IMG/VR virus record: IMGVR_UViG_2687453388_000001 | DNA from: an uncultured virus (IMG/VR IMGVR_UViG_2687453388_000001) | Taxonomy: Duplodnaviria; Heunggongvirae; Uroviricota; Caudoviricetes | Strand: one strand, 5' to 3' | Length of the DNA stretch: 64,000 nucleotides | Part shown: piece after piece, positions 18,809 to 27,438 of the stretch | Numbering within the stretch: position 1 is the stretch's first letter | Layout: each line of letters begins with the position of its first letter | The notes under the pieces: generated by a model | What the model was told of the DNA's origin: nothing | What the model saw: the letters and a program-made list of their open reading frames with translations, nothing else | Databases searched by the model: none | Position numbers and translations under genes: made by a program

Positions 18809-21256
18809 TTACACCTCTTTTCGCACAGGTGGTCTGGTATCAAAGGCATGGAGCAGTTCTTCAAATACAGGGTGGAACTGTATCACACCGACACGACCAT
18901 ATAAATCACTGATAAGGCATTGCCCGTTTTCCAAATCACGCAATCGCTTCTGATTGTTTTCGTCCTCTGGGTCTACACCAAAAAAGGCTAAGGTCTTTTT
19001 AATCTCGTTAAGGTCAGTGGAACGAAATGCAAATTTTAAGCCGAGGTTATTTTTCAGTTTTTCATCTAAGAGGTCGTCTGTATTTTGGGTCACGAAATAT
19101 ACCCCAGCGTTCATAGCACGACCAGCCCGAACCAGCTTCATAGATAGTGTTTTTCCTTGTGCTACCTGTAAAAAGCTCCATGCTTCGTCTAAATCTACAA
19201 TCTTGAAAATGCTTCGGTCTGTATGGATAAAGTCTAAAGCAAAGGTACTAATGACAATCAGCATAGCAACGGATAAAAGCTCCATAGTGGTATATTCCTC
19301 AAAGGAAGTTTCCTTGTCGGGAAGTACCAAGTCCGCAACCTGTATAATGTTCAGTTGTTTTTCTAAGCTGATAGACTGCTCCACATAACCATTACTGAAT
19401 AATAAATGTGCAAAGTCATAGTCTGTAAAACTTTCGATATGGTCGGCTATACTGGTACTTAGTGGCGTATTCTCAACCCGTAATTCCTCAATCACTTTCA
19501 TCAACCCTCGTACTTCACTATTGGTTACTGCACGAATGGCTTTTCTAAGGATTGGGAAGCGTTCCCCATCACGAGAGGAAATCCCCGTAAGGAATGTCAG
19601 AATATCAATAGCCAGTGATTCAGAATCTTTGGGATTTTTCATAATCACATAAGGGTCAAGTAAGCCTTTGTTTTTCTCATCAGAAGTCAGAGTGACGATA
19701 TTGATTTCATGGGAAATCTCTGGCAAGGTTTCTTTCCATCTGCCACGTTCTGCTTTTGGGTCTACAATCACTGCTTGTGCCCCATAAAGCACCGCATAAT
19801 AGACGATAAGGTTATTCGCAAAGGATTTACCACCACCCAGCGAACCAACAAAAGCCGACGCTAACGCATTGGTTACTGAACCCTTAACCCCTTGACTGGC
19901 AAGAGCAGGTTTCAGATAGACATTGCGTCCAGTATCTAAGCTGTAGCCAACATAAATCCCCTCATTTTCCCCCAGCATTTGAGTAGCACCAAAACCTAAA
20001 CCAGCGAGGAAATCAGAGGTCACGTATTGAATATAATCATTCATATAACGCTTGCTGGCAGGTAAAAATTCTTCATGTAAGCCGAGCATATCCCCAAATG
20101 GTCGTACCAGTTTTACGCTTAAATCGTCATAAAAATCTTTCACTTCATTACAACGACGTTTGAGTTCGTCAAGATCATTTGCTGATACCCTTACCACATA
20201 AGACAGCTTGTACATAGATTCCTTGCTTTGGTCTAAATTGGTTTCCAGCTCATTCACACTTTCCAGAGCTTCCGCCACATTGGAGCTGGTTTCATTATCA
20301 CTTTGCCAAGCGTGGTTATCCAAGTCTTTCAGTTCTTTCTTTTTATTGCGGACAGTAGATAGGGCTTTACGATTCGCTACAATTTCCACATTCATTGACG
20401 TATCAATCGGGAATGTAAATTGCTGTTGCTGGTAGTAGAAGATTTCAGAGGACGGGAAGTCCAGTTCTCCGACAATGCTGTTAATGGTAAAGTAAGCTAC
20501 ATAGACGGTTTCATCTTCCTGCTGGATTTTCAAATATCGCTGTTTTTCTTCCACCAAACAGCGAGTAGGCTTAATCAAGTCATAGTATTTAATCAGCGTT
20601 TCATTATCCAGCTTTTTCTTTGATAGATGGTACTCATACTCTTCATAGGCAGTGCCTGTCTGTCCGTAAAGGTGTTCAATCAGATAGCCGAAGTCGTCCT
20701 TATCTAACCTGCGGATTTTGAAACGACGAGAGATTTTATTTTCTAAGAGCTTTTCCATCTTCTGAAAACGCAGGATTTCATCATTACTCATACTAACAAA
20801 ATCGCCCATCAGCTTATGGTTCACATCATAGACAAAATCAGACAAAGCATTTTTTGCTTCAACGGTAAGACTTTTCATAGAAAACTCCTGATCGTTGAGA
20901 AGCAACTTAAAGCCGATAAAGAAACGGTAGTTCACTTGATTTTCGCCAATCATGGATATTAAAGCGTCTGTCTGTTGGTCGATTTTGTCATAGGCAACCG
21001 CTTTGAGCTTGCCAGTGACTTCATTTTTGGAACGCTCTTGTGCAGAACGTATGCTGGATTCTGTACTGATTTGTAAAGCATGAATTTTGCCATCACGATT
21101 TTGTGCGATAAGCTGTCTGAAAGAATCATGCACTTGTATTTTCTGTTCTGGACTTAGAAATGAGTAATTGTAAGGAACAAGCTCATAGTAAGCATAACAT
21201 TCCCCGTCTTTATTCCAGACGAGATTGTTTTCAATGTATTTAATTGGATATGCCAT
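18809..21256 (-). CDS. Tn916 Orf16 VirB4-like ATPase
   Basis: Walker A GSLGGGKS, Walker B DLDEAW; start taken at MAYPIKY. Confidence 0.95.
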   Translation of the reverse strand: MAYPIKYIENNLVWNKDGECYAYYELVPYNYSFLSPEQKIQVHDSFRQLIAQNRDGKIHALQISTESSIRSAQERSKNEVTGKLKAVAYDKIDQQTDALISMIGENQVNYRFFIGFKLLLNDQEFSMKSLTVEAKNALSDFVYDVNHKLMGDFVSMSNDEILRFQKMEKLLENKISRRFKIRRLDKDDFGYLIEHLYGQTGTAYEEYEYHLSKKKLDNETLIKYYDLIKPTRCLVEEKQRYLKIQQEDETVYVAYFTINSIVGELDFPSSEIFYYQQQQFTFPIDTSMNVEIVANRKALSTVRNKKKELKDLDNHAWQSDNETSSNVAEALESVNELETNLDQSKESMYKLSYVVRVSANDLDELKRRCNEVKDFYDDLSVKLVRPFGDMLGLHEEFLPASKRYMNDYIQYVTSDFLAGLGFGATQMLGENEGIYVGYSLDTGRNVYLKPALASQGVKGSVTNALASAFVGSLGGGKSFANNLIVYYAVLYGAQAVIVDPKAERGRWKETLPEISHEINIVTLTSDEKNKGLLDPYVIMKNPKDSESLAIDILTFLTGISSRDGERFPILRKAIRAVTNSEVRGLMKVIEELRVENTPLSTSIADHIESFTDYDFAHLLFSNGYVEQSISLEKQLNIIQVADLVLPDKETSFEEYTTMELLSVAMLIVISTFALDFIHTDRSIFKIVDLDEAWSFLQVAQGKTLSMKLVRAGRAMNAGVYFVTQNTDDLLDEKLKNNLGLKFAFRSTDLNEIKKTLAFFGVDPEDENNQKRLRDLENGQCLISDLYGRVGVIQFHPVFEELLHAFDTRPPVRKEV

Positions 21257-21746
21257 AAAATTCACTCCTAACTGCTGTAATGGCTTCTTGTGGCTGGTTT
21301 CTGCCAAGCGTTACTTTTTTTCCTGCATAGGTCAGCTTTGGTCGCAGTGCATAAGCAATGACAGACTTCAAAAATCCATAAGGCTTTTTACCATCAAAAG
21401 TTTTTGTAGACATAAACCATGTGAAAGCCACAGGAATCCCAAAGTATTTGAGAAATGCTCCCTCTATCATGGAAAGAGGGGGCAAGTTGCCAAGTATCAT
21501 CACTGCAAAGAGTGACACGACAAACCATGTCATTTGCGTAAAGGTTATGGGAAACGGAAGTCTAAAATCATTGATAGAATACAGTACCTTTTCCACAGAC
21601 CAGATACTGGTATAGCTTCGTATTTTCTTCATGTAATCAATCCTTTCATAAAAAATAGGGGTAGCTGATTGAGCCACCCCGTAAAATAGAAAATCTGCCA
21701 GTAGTAATGTACCGACAGATTTAATAGACGATTTCAAAAATCCCAT
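21240..21746 (-). CDS. Tn916 Orf17 (TcpE family); true start may be downstream (MKKIRSY)
   Basis: Gene order; KTFDGKKP motif. Confidence 0.85.
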   Translation of the reverse strand: MGFLKSSIKSVGTLLLADFLFYGVAQSATPIFYERIDYMKKIRSYTSIWSVEKVLYSINDFRLPFPITFTQMTWFVVSLFAVMILGNLPPLSMIEGAFLKYFGIPVAFTWFMSTKTFDGKKPYGFLKSVIAYALRPKLTYAGKKVTLGRNQPQEAITAVRSEFYGISN

Positions 21747-22218
21747 GATTGGTTGAGATAAACGTTCCTGAAAGGTCTAAATCCCGACCATAGGCTTGAT
21801 AATCAATATAGTTTTGAAGACTAGCTGGTACTTCGCCTAAAGCACCCGTTTCTTCAATGTAGTAGCGTGCCACGTCATACATATCATCACAATCGGAATG
21901 AATGATAATATCCTCTTGATGTTCGCTTAGTTCTTCAATGCTTGAAAAATGAGTGAGCAGAGCAGATAGCTCCGATTGTAATTCTTCGGGTAATTCCGAT
22001 ACCATTTCCCATAGTCGATTGAGTTCGCCAATGGAAGTGTATTCGTCAACCGTAAAGGGTAACTCGTAGTCATGAATGGCGTATTCCTCATATTCATCAT
22101 TCAAGCCGATTTTCTCTTTGACTTCCTCAAAGTCAATGGGAAAGGTAAACCACGCACCGACCAATTCGCCCTCATTGTATTTGCCTAAATTCGCAATATA
22201 GACTTGCATATCGTCCAT
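21721..22218 (-). CDS. ardA: Antirestriction protein ArdA (Orf18)
   Basis: VYIANLGKYNEGELVGAW...YIDYQAYGRDL; highly acidic. Confidence 0.95.
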   Translation of the reverse strand: MDDMQVYIANLGKYNEGELVGAWFTFPIDFEEVKEKIGLNDEYEEYAIHDYELPFTVDEYTSIGELNRLWEMVSELPEELQSELSALLTHFSSIEELSEHQEDIIIHSDCDDMYDVARYYIEETGALGEVPASLQNYIDYQAYGRDLDLSGTFISTNHGIFEIVY

Positions 22219-22334
22219 ATATTCACGTCCTTTCTTTGTAGAGATTCAAAAATCCCTACCGCACTTCGTTTGGTGTACCATTCCTTTGCGGAACATAAGA
22301 AAACCACTTATATTCCACAAAAGAACGGTTTTAT

Positions 22335-22556
22335 TTAAGCACCAATAATGCGATTGAATAGCTCTAGTAAAATGTCTTTTACTCCAGCAGCGTTGAAGAC
22401 TAAGCCAACCGCAATAATCGCAATAATTAAAAAGCCAATCAGTTTGCTAAACTCACGCTTGAAGCCAAGATACAAGCCAATCACAACGATTGCTAAAAGC
22501 ACCAGTGATTGAGCGTTTGATAGAAACCAGTTATAAAGGTTTTGTCCAAAATTCAT
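22335..22556 (-). CDS. Tn916 Orf19 small membrane protein
   Basis: 73 aa, two TM helices, gene order. Confidence 0.88.
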   Translation of the reverse strand: MNFGQNLYNWFLSNAQSLVLLAIVVIGLYLGFKREFSKLIGFLIIAIIAVGLVFNAAGVKDILLELFNRIIGA

Positions 22557-22598
22557 AAAAATGTTCTCCTCTCTATATTCAATGAATTTGTATTTGAG

Positions 22599-23804
22599 TT
22601 ATTTTTTTGTTGTTATCACGTCCTGTTCTTTTACTGACTGTTGCTTCAAAATCTGCTTGTGTCGGTCTGTCAGTTTCGCATGGTCGAGAATGTCTTTTAC
22701 AACCTGCGTCTGGTTGATTTCATCAAGTTTAATCGCAACCTTTAAGGTCGGGGCAACTTGATGAGATAGCCAGTTCAGCGTCCTTTGGAAGGAGTAAGGC
22801 TCTGGTTTTGTGGTTAGTTTTAATCGTTCACGATTGTTCCCAATAAACCAAGCCCATTCTTCATTCAGTTTCCAATCAGAACGAGGTTTGGAATCGTCTT
22901 TATCTACAAAACGGATATACCGATTGATAATTTTAAAGGCGGTATGCTCTGGATTGTCATAGACGAGTAAATCACGGACTGCATAATAGGCACGCTCATT
23001 TTTCAATCGAATCTCAAAACGGTTTTTTACTTCTGCGTCTTCAATGGGAATATCATTTTTCTTGTACTGCTCGTAGTCCTTTTCATAGATACAGAAATAA
23101 ACTTCACTTTGTAATGAACCGATATAGAGGGTGTTTCCCATACATTCCTTTTCCTCTTTGCGTACCAGTTCGCCACTGCGATAGCTTTTAAAACTGCGGA
23201 AGACGGAGATACATTCTTCCTGTTGGCACTTTTCAGTGAGTACAGGGATATTTAAAATCCCTGTCTTATCGTTAATGGCAAGGTCAAGGCGTTTCATCAC
23301 ACCGCCAGCCACCAAAACGTCCATAAAGAACTCATACCAGCTTCTTTGTTGTGCCAGAAGATAGCTTTCAAATTGTCTGCACCCACGACCTTTCAATTCC
23401 ACCAGAACTCCTTTGTCCAGTTCATGGGAGCAAAGGACGAATATGTCGCCTAAAGCATAATGCTCTGAATAAGAATAGAAACCATAGTCCTCATGAAGAA
23501 AATAGGACAGTTTCAGTTGTAAGATGTTTTCGACCACCTGCTGTACGTCTGTTGTCGGAAAGCGAATTCTTACATAATCAAACAGCATTTCAAGGGGAGC
23601 GTCGGGATTGAAGCGTTCCAGAGCTTCCCAAAGGGACTGCTGTAAATCCTCTGATGGCTTGACTTTTCCTGTTTCAATATCGCTTAGATACTGCCTTGTA
23701 ATACCAGTCGCAACAGCTAAACGGTTTTGAGATAGTCCATAAGCCAAGCGTTTTTCTTTTAAATGCTGTAACCAAGTTTGTTCATTCAGTAAAAATCCCT
23801 CCAA
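22599..23804 (-). CDS. Tn916 Orf20 MOB-T relaxase (HTH plus Rep_trans)
   Basis: N-terminal XRE HTH; RLDLAIND, GNTLYIGS, CIYEKDYE, RFEIRL. Confidence 0.95.
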   Translation of the reverse strand: MEGFLLNEQTWLQHLKEKRLAYGLSQNRLAVATGITRQYLSDIETGKVKPSEDLQQSLWEALERFNPDAPLEMLFDYVRIRFPTTDVQQVVENILQLKLSYFLHEDYGFYSYSEHYALGDIFVLCSHELDKGVLVELKGRGCRQFESYLLAQQRSWYEFFMDVLVAGGVMKRLDLAINDKTGILNIPVLTEKCQQEECISVFRSFKSYRSGELVRKEEKECMGNTLYIGSLQSEVYFCIYEKDYEQYKKNDIPIEDAEVKNRFEIRLKNERAYYAVRDLLVYDNPEHTAFKIINRYIRFVDKDDSKPRSDWKLNEEWAWFIGNNRERLKLTTKPEPYSFQRTLNWLSHQVAPTLKVAIKLDEINQTQVVKDILDHAKLTDRHKQILKQQSVKEQDVITTKK

Positions 23805-23917
23805 TCAAAAAGGCGTATGTCAACTTTTAAAGCCCATTTGACATACGCTGAAATTTTGTAAATCCCTTGTAACCAAAGGATTTTCTAATGTTTTTTTGAC
23901 TGTTTCCTGTCGATTTG

Positions 23918-23980
23918 TACCCCCCTGTTAGATACGGGGGGTTAAGTGCTGGCGTGGCTATTGCCACACCAGCCAGCAAG
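23918..23980 (-). other. Tn916 oriT region
   Basis: Hairpin ACCCCCCGTATCTAACAGGGGGGT (minus strand) between orf21 and orf20, similar to the ICEBs1-type nic site. Confidence 0.8.
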
Positions 23981-23981
23981 A

Positions 23982-25367
23982 TCAGTCCACACCTGCGACT
24001 TCCGCTTCGCACGTCGCCTGCGTGGACTGTCTGCTGTTGGATAACTTTTTAATTTCCTCCAAGAAATCATATCCTTTTGGTACAAGGGGAGTATAAAACT
24101 CTGATATGACACTTGTTCCTACATCAACATAGCCACGACCTTTGATTCGCTTTAAGAAGAAATCCTTTTGTACGTCACTGCCAAACATCATGCCATAGCC
24201 CATTTCAGACATACGACCTAAAGCCACTCTGAAATTAAACTGATCACGGATTCCGTCGCCTAAATATTTTGCGTCTGGACGTTGACAAGCCAGTATTAGA
24301 AAGAAGCCAGCTTGACGACCTAACATGACAATCTGTTTCAGCTTATTCATAACTGCGGTGTTTTCTTTTGTTCCCAGCATTTCCATGAAAGCGACGTATT
24401 CATCAAAGATTAAGAAGTGTGCCGGGAGACCTAAGTAAGCATAATTTTTGCCAGTCTTATAGTTCTTCATCTGCTTCATTTCCTCACTACGTTTCATCAT
24501 TTCTTCATAGAATGTTTCAATGCAAGAAAGCAAGTCTTCTTTTCTATAGTAGACATTTGCCATCACAGAACCTAAGTCCGCAAGATCAGCATTTTTCGGG
24601 TCAAGAATATACAGTTTTGAATCTGTATGAAGCAAGGCTTCAATCAGTGTCAGTATAAAGTAAGTTTTACCGCCACCTGTACCACCAGCAATCAACATAT
24701 GAGGGAGCTTATCATATTCCCACCATACGTTTTTCATTAAGCGAAGTTTACCATCTTTAGCTTCTACTTCATCAATAGAAATACGACTGGCTATGGTGTC
24801 ATAGAGCAAAGTATATTCCACATAGGAATCCTTTAACTCTTTATCCGTCAGCTCACAGTACAAGCCACTCTCTAATTTCTTTTCCAAGTGTAAGAGTTGG
24901 TCTTGATATTTTCCCAGCGTGATTTCCACCCGTATCTGTATCAAGCCATTTTTAAGTCGATAATACATTTTAGGGAAGTAGGTTATCTTTTCCTTTGTAC
25001 GACCAGCACTATCTTTAAAGAAACCCTCTGTTTTGACCTGTTCAGATTCATACCACTTGTTTTCAAGTATCATCTTTGCCAGTTTTTGACGGTGGTAAAG
25101 TTGTTTAACCGTATCATAGCGAACCCGTTTGAATACAAACGCTACCAGCAAGCAGATAAGAATTGCGACACTGAAACTGATAATTAAATAGGGAATGTCA
25201 ATCTTATCTGCTTGTGATAGGTTAAAATCCTGCCAGTTGATCTGCTGGATTGTCTTCACATGAAACAGTCCGACAACCAGCAGGAAAACAGGCAGGAGTG
25301 ACGCTATCGTAAAATGAAAGACTAAATCTTTACCAGATGGGCGAATCCTTTTACCACGCTGTTTCAT
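23982..25367 (-). CDS. Tn916 Orf21 FtsK/SpoIIIE coupling protein
   Basis: GGTGGGKT, IFDEY, ACQRPD. Confidence 0.95.
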   Translation of the reverse strand: MKQRGKRIRPSGKDLVFHFTIASLLPVFLLVVGLFHVKTIQQINWQDFNLSQADKIDIPYLIISFSVAILICLLVAFVFKRVRYDTVKQLYHRQKLAKMILENKWYESEQVKTEGFFKDSAGRTKEKITYFPKMYYRLKNGLIQIRVEITLGKYQDQLLHLEKKLESGLYCELTDKELKDSYVEYTLLYDTIASRISIDEVEAKDGKLRLMKNVWWEYDKLPHMLIAGGTGGGKTYFILTLIEALLHTDSKLYILDPKNADLADLGSVMANVYYRKEDLLSCIETFYEEMMKRSEEMKQMKNYKTGKNYAYLGLPAHFLIFDEYVAFMEMLGTKENTAVMNKLKQIVMLGRQAGFFLILACQRPDAKYLGDGIRDQFNFRVALGRMSEMGYGMMFGSDVQKDFFLKRIKGRGYVDVGTSVISEFYTPLVPKGYDFLEEIKKLSNSRQSTQATCEAEVAGVD

Positions 25368-25395
25368 GCGAAAAAGTCTCCTTTCTACCTAGCGA

Positions 25396-25782
25396 CTATT
25401 TGTCTTGTGTCGGTTCTTTCTTTGCTTGTGGTTGAGCTTTGAATGAACTAGAATCCTTTGTCAGCACAATATCGTCTGCCTTGATATACCAGTCAACATC
25501 TGCTCCTTGATAGGTGGCAGTAGCAACGGTGTCCGCAATGGGATTGATAAGTTCCACCCGTGCGTTATAATCAAACTCTTTCAAAGGCACGCTGGCAGGA
25601 ATACTTACTTGAATCATGCGTCCTTGTCCTTTGGATTTTAAGTCATAGGTACGTTCCTTGATTTCATCTGAAACCGACCCGTCTTCATTTTGGATTCTCA
25701 CTTCACGACGTAGAGCAGAGAATTTCAATTCTCCAAAAGTCGTGTCTTTATCTAATACAATGCCATTTGCTAATCTCATCAT
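25396..25782 (-). CDS. Tn916 Orf22 (DUF961/YdcP family)
   Basis: Sequence and gene order. Confidence 0.9.
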   Translation of the reverse strand: MMRLANGIVLDKDTTFGELKFSALRREVRIQNEDGSVSDEIKERTYDLKSKGQGRMIQVSIPASVPLKEFDYNARVELINPIADTVATATYQGADVDWYIKADDIVLTKDSSSFKAQPQAKKEPTQDK

Positions 25783-25797
25783 TTTTCCTCTCTTTCT

Positions 25798-26112
25798 TTA
25801 TTCTTTTATCATGTCGTCAGCATGTAAAAGGTAATTTGTAAAACCACGAGTGCCGATTTTGTAGCCCTCTGCGGTAATACGTGGATTGACTAACTTCACA
25901 CGTTCCTCAAAGCCGAAATGTTTTTCGCCAGCTTCAGCAGGAAGCACCACCACAATATCATCTGCTCTTTGAACATCAGAATAGAGATTATAGCTTCTTG
26001 ATAAGACAGTTAGCCGTCCGTTGATTCTTCGCTGAACGACTTTATCCTCGCCAGCAAATTCTAAATTGCCGAATGTTTTTTCCATGTTGGGAATCACAAA
26101 TTTAAGTTCCAT
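25798..26112 (-). CDS. Tn916 Orf23 (DUF961/YdcP family)
   Basis: Sequence and gene order. Confidence 0.9.
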   Translation of the reverse strand: MELKFVIPNMEKTFGNLEFAGEDKVVQRRINGRLTVLSRSYNLYSDVQRADDIVVVLPAEAGEKHFGFEERVKLVNPRITAEGYKIGTRGFTNYLLHADDMIKE

Positions 26113-26478
26113 ATTTTTACCTATCCTTTCTTTTTTATTGGCTGAATGAATGTTTGATGGTCTTAAAGAGTGGGGAACGACCTTTTGATTCTTGATTTTT
26201 TGTTTTCATAAGTTCACTTCCTTTCAAAATCGGGTAAAAAAATAGACACCTCATTTTTTGAAGTGTCTACCTATTAAATATTCAAATTTTATTGGAAGTA
26301 TCTTTATATCTTCACTTTTCAAGGATAAATCGTCGTATCAAAGCTCATTCATAAGTAGTAAATTAGTAGTAAATTGAGTGGTTTTGACCTTGATAAAGTG
26401 TGATAAGTCCAGTTTTTATGCGGATAACTAGATTTTTATGCTATTTTTAACTTTAAAAAATTTCATAAAAATGGTCAC

Positions 26479-26511
26479 AAAAGGCGATAGGAGAAAAACT
26501 ATCGTCTTTTT
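26479..26511 (+). terminator. Intrinsic terminator, probably originally that of the 7880-8398 gene
   Basis: AAAAGGCGATAG-N8-CTATCGTCTTTTT, 30 bp beyond the Tn916 end. Confidence 0.7.
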
Positions 26512-26521
26512 CTTTATAAAG

Positions 26522-26678
26522 GGGATTGTCAAGTGGAGTGTGTAAGTAGGAAATTAATTTTCTACTGTTTACAAATAAACACTATATGCTTTAAAGCATT
26601 TTGCATATCTTCTACACTTTCAGGCTGGTAAGTATCAATAATGGATTGGGCTAACTCCACAGTGTATTTTACGCTCCC
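26522..26678. mobile_element. 157-bp non-autonomous IS256-family-like element (MITE)
   Basis: Imperfect terminal inverted repeats GGGATTGTCAAG..TGTG / GGGAGCGTAAAA..TGTG; exact 8-bp direct repeat TTATAAAG at 26514-26521 and 26679-26686. Confidence 0.7.
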
Positions 26679-26738
26679 TTATAAAGTATTAGATGAGGAA
26701 ATGAAGTATTAGTTTTATTTTTCTAACTTTTATAAATG

Positions 26739-27269
26739 TTAAATTCTCACGACAGATGTGATATATTTTGCTATTTTTTCAGGACTTTCAGTAAAATTAT
26801 TATCTATCCAATTTAAAATGATACTTTCAATTGTTGAGATATAAATATCAAGAGCGAAAGAATATGGAATTTGATATGCTGTTTCGAGTTGTTTCTCTAA
26901 GTCTGGTATATCGGAATGTATAATCATTCCTTTGATATAGTCTTTAATTATGTTGTCAATATTTGGAAAAAAACAAACAAAGGACTTAATAATTTCTTTG
27001 TTTGTATACATGTAGCTAAGCATTTCCTTTAGGATTACTTCTTCATATAATAAATCATTATTTAAAATTTTTGTGATATCATCAAAGATTATTAAAATAG
27101 ACTCCCTAAGGAAGTCTTCTTTTGAATTGAAATGATTATAGAAAGCTCTTCTACTAAGTTGAGCTTTTTTTGCTAAATCGCTAACTGTAATTTGTTCAAA
27201 GCTTTTCGTTTCTAATAATTCAGAGAAAGCCTTTAAAAATTTTAAATTAGTGTTATCTGAACTCTCCAA
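26739..27269 (-). CDS. TetR/AcrR family regulator (likely TTG start at 27269)
   Basis: KSFEQITVSDLAKKAQLSRRAFYNHFNSKEDF HTH; RBS AAGGTG before TTG. Confidence 0.9.
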   Translation of the reverse strand: MESSDNTNLKFLKAFSELLETKSFEQITVSDLAKKAQLSRRAFYNHFNSKEDFLRESILIIFDDITKILNNDLLYEEVILKEMLSYMYTNKEIIKSFVCFFPNIDNIIKDYIKGMIIHSDIPDLEKQLETAYQIPYSFALDIYISTIESIILNWIDNNFTESPEKIAKYITSVVRI

Positions 27270-27328
27270 CGTATTATCACCTTTATAAATCTTATCGAAT
27301 GTGATTATACAATACAAATTCAAATAAT

Positions 27329-27357
27329 AGTTCACATTTATCAAGATAATGTAAACT
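27329..27357. promoter_or_regulatory. Candidate TetR operator in the divergent intergenic region
   Basis: Imperfect palindrome AGTTCACATTTATC-AA-GATAATGTAAACT. Confidence 0.5.
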
Positions 27358-27438
27358 ACTAAAACCTTTAAAAAAGTAAAATGTGAAAGATAACTTCTAC
27401 TAGTTAATCTAATTTTACTTTTGAAAAGGAGAGAAATT

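Larger units (their letters stand above)
8416..26448 (-). mobile_element. Tn916: Tn916 integrative conjugative element with tet(M)
   Basis: Ends AAACAAAGTATAAATTTC and GATTTTTATGCTATTTTT; AGTAGTAAATT arm repeats near both ends; complete orf23 to int gene order; ~18.03 kb. Confidence 0.98.

Noticed and set aside
8416..26448. Tn916 derivative with extra cargo (erm(B), Tn917, mega)
   Set aside because: Length (~18.03 kb) and gene order are canonical, with no inserted genes
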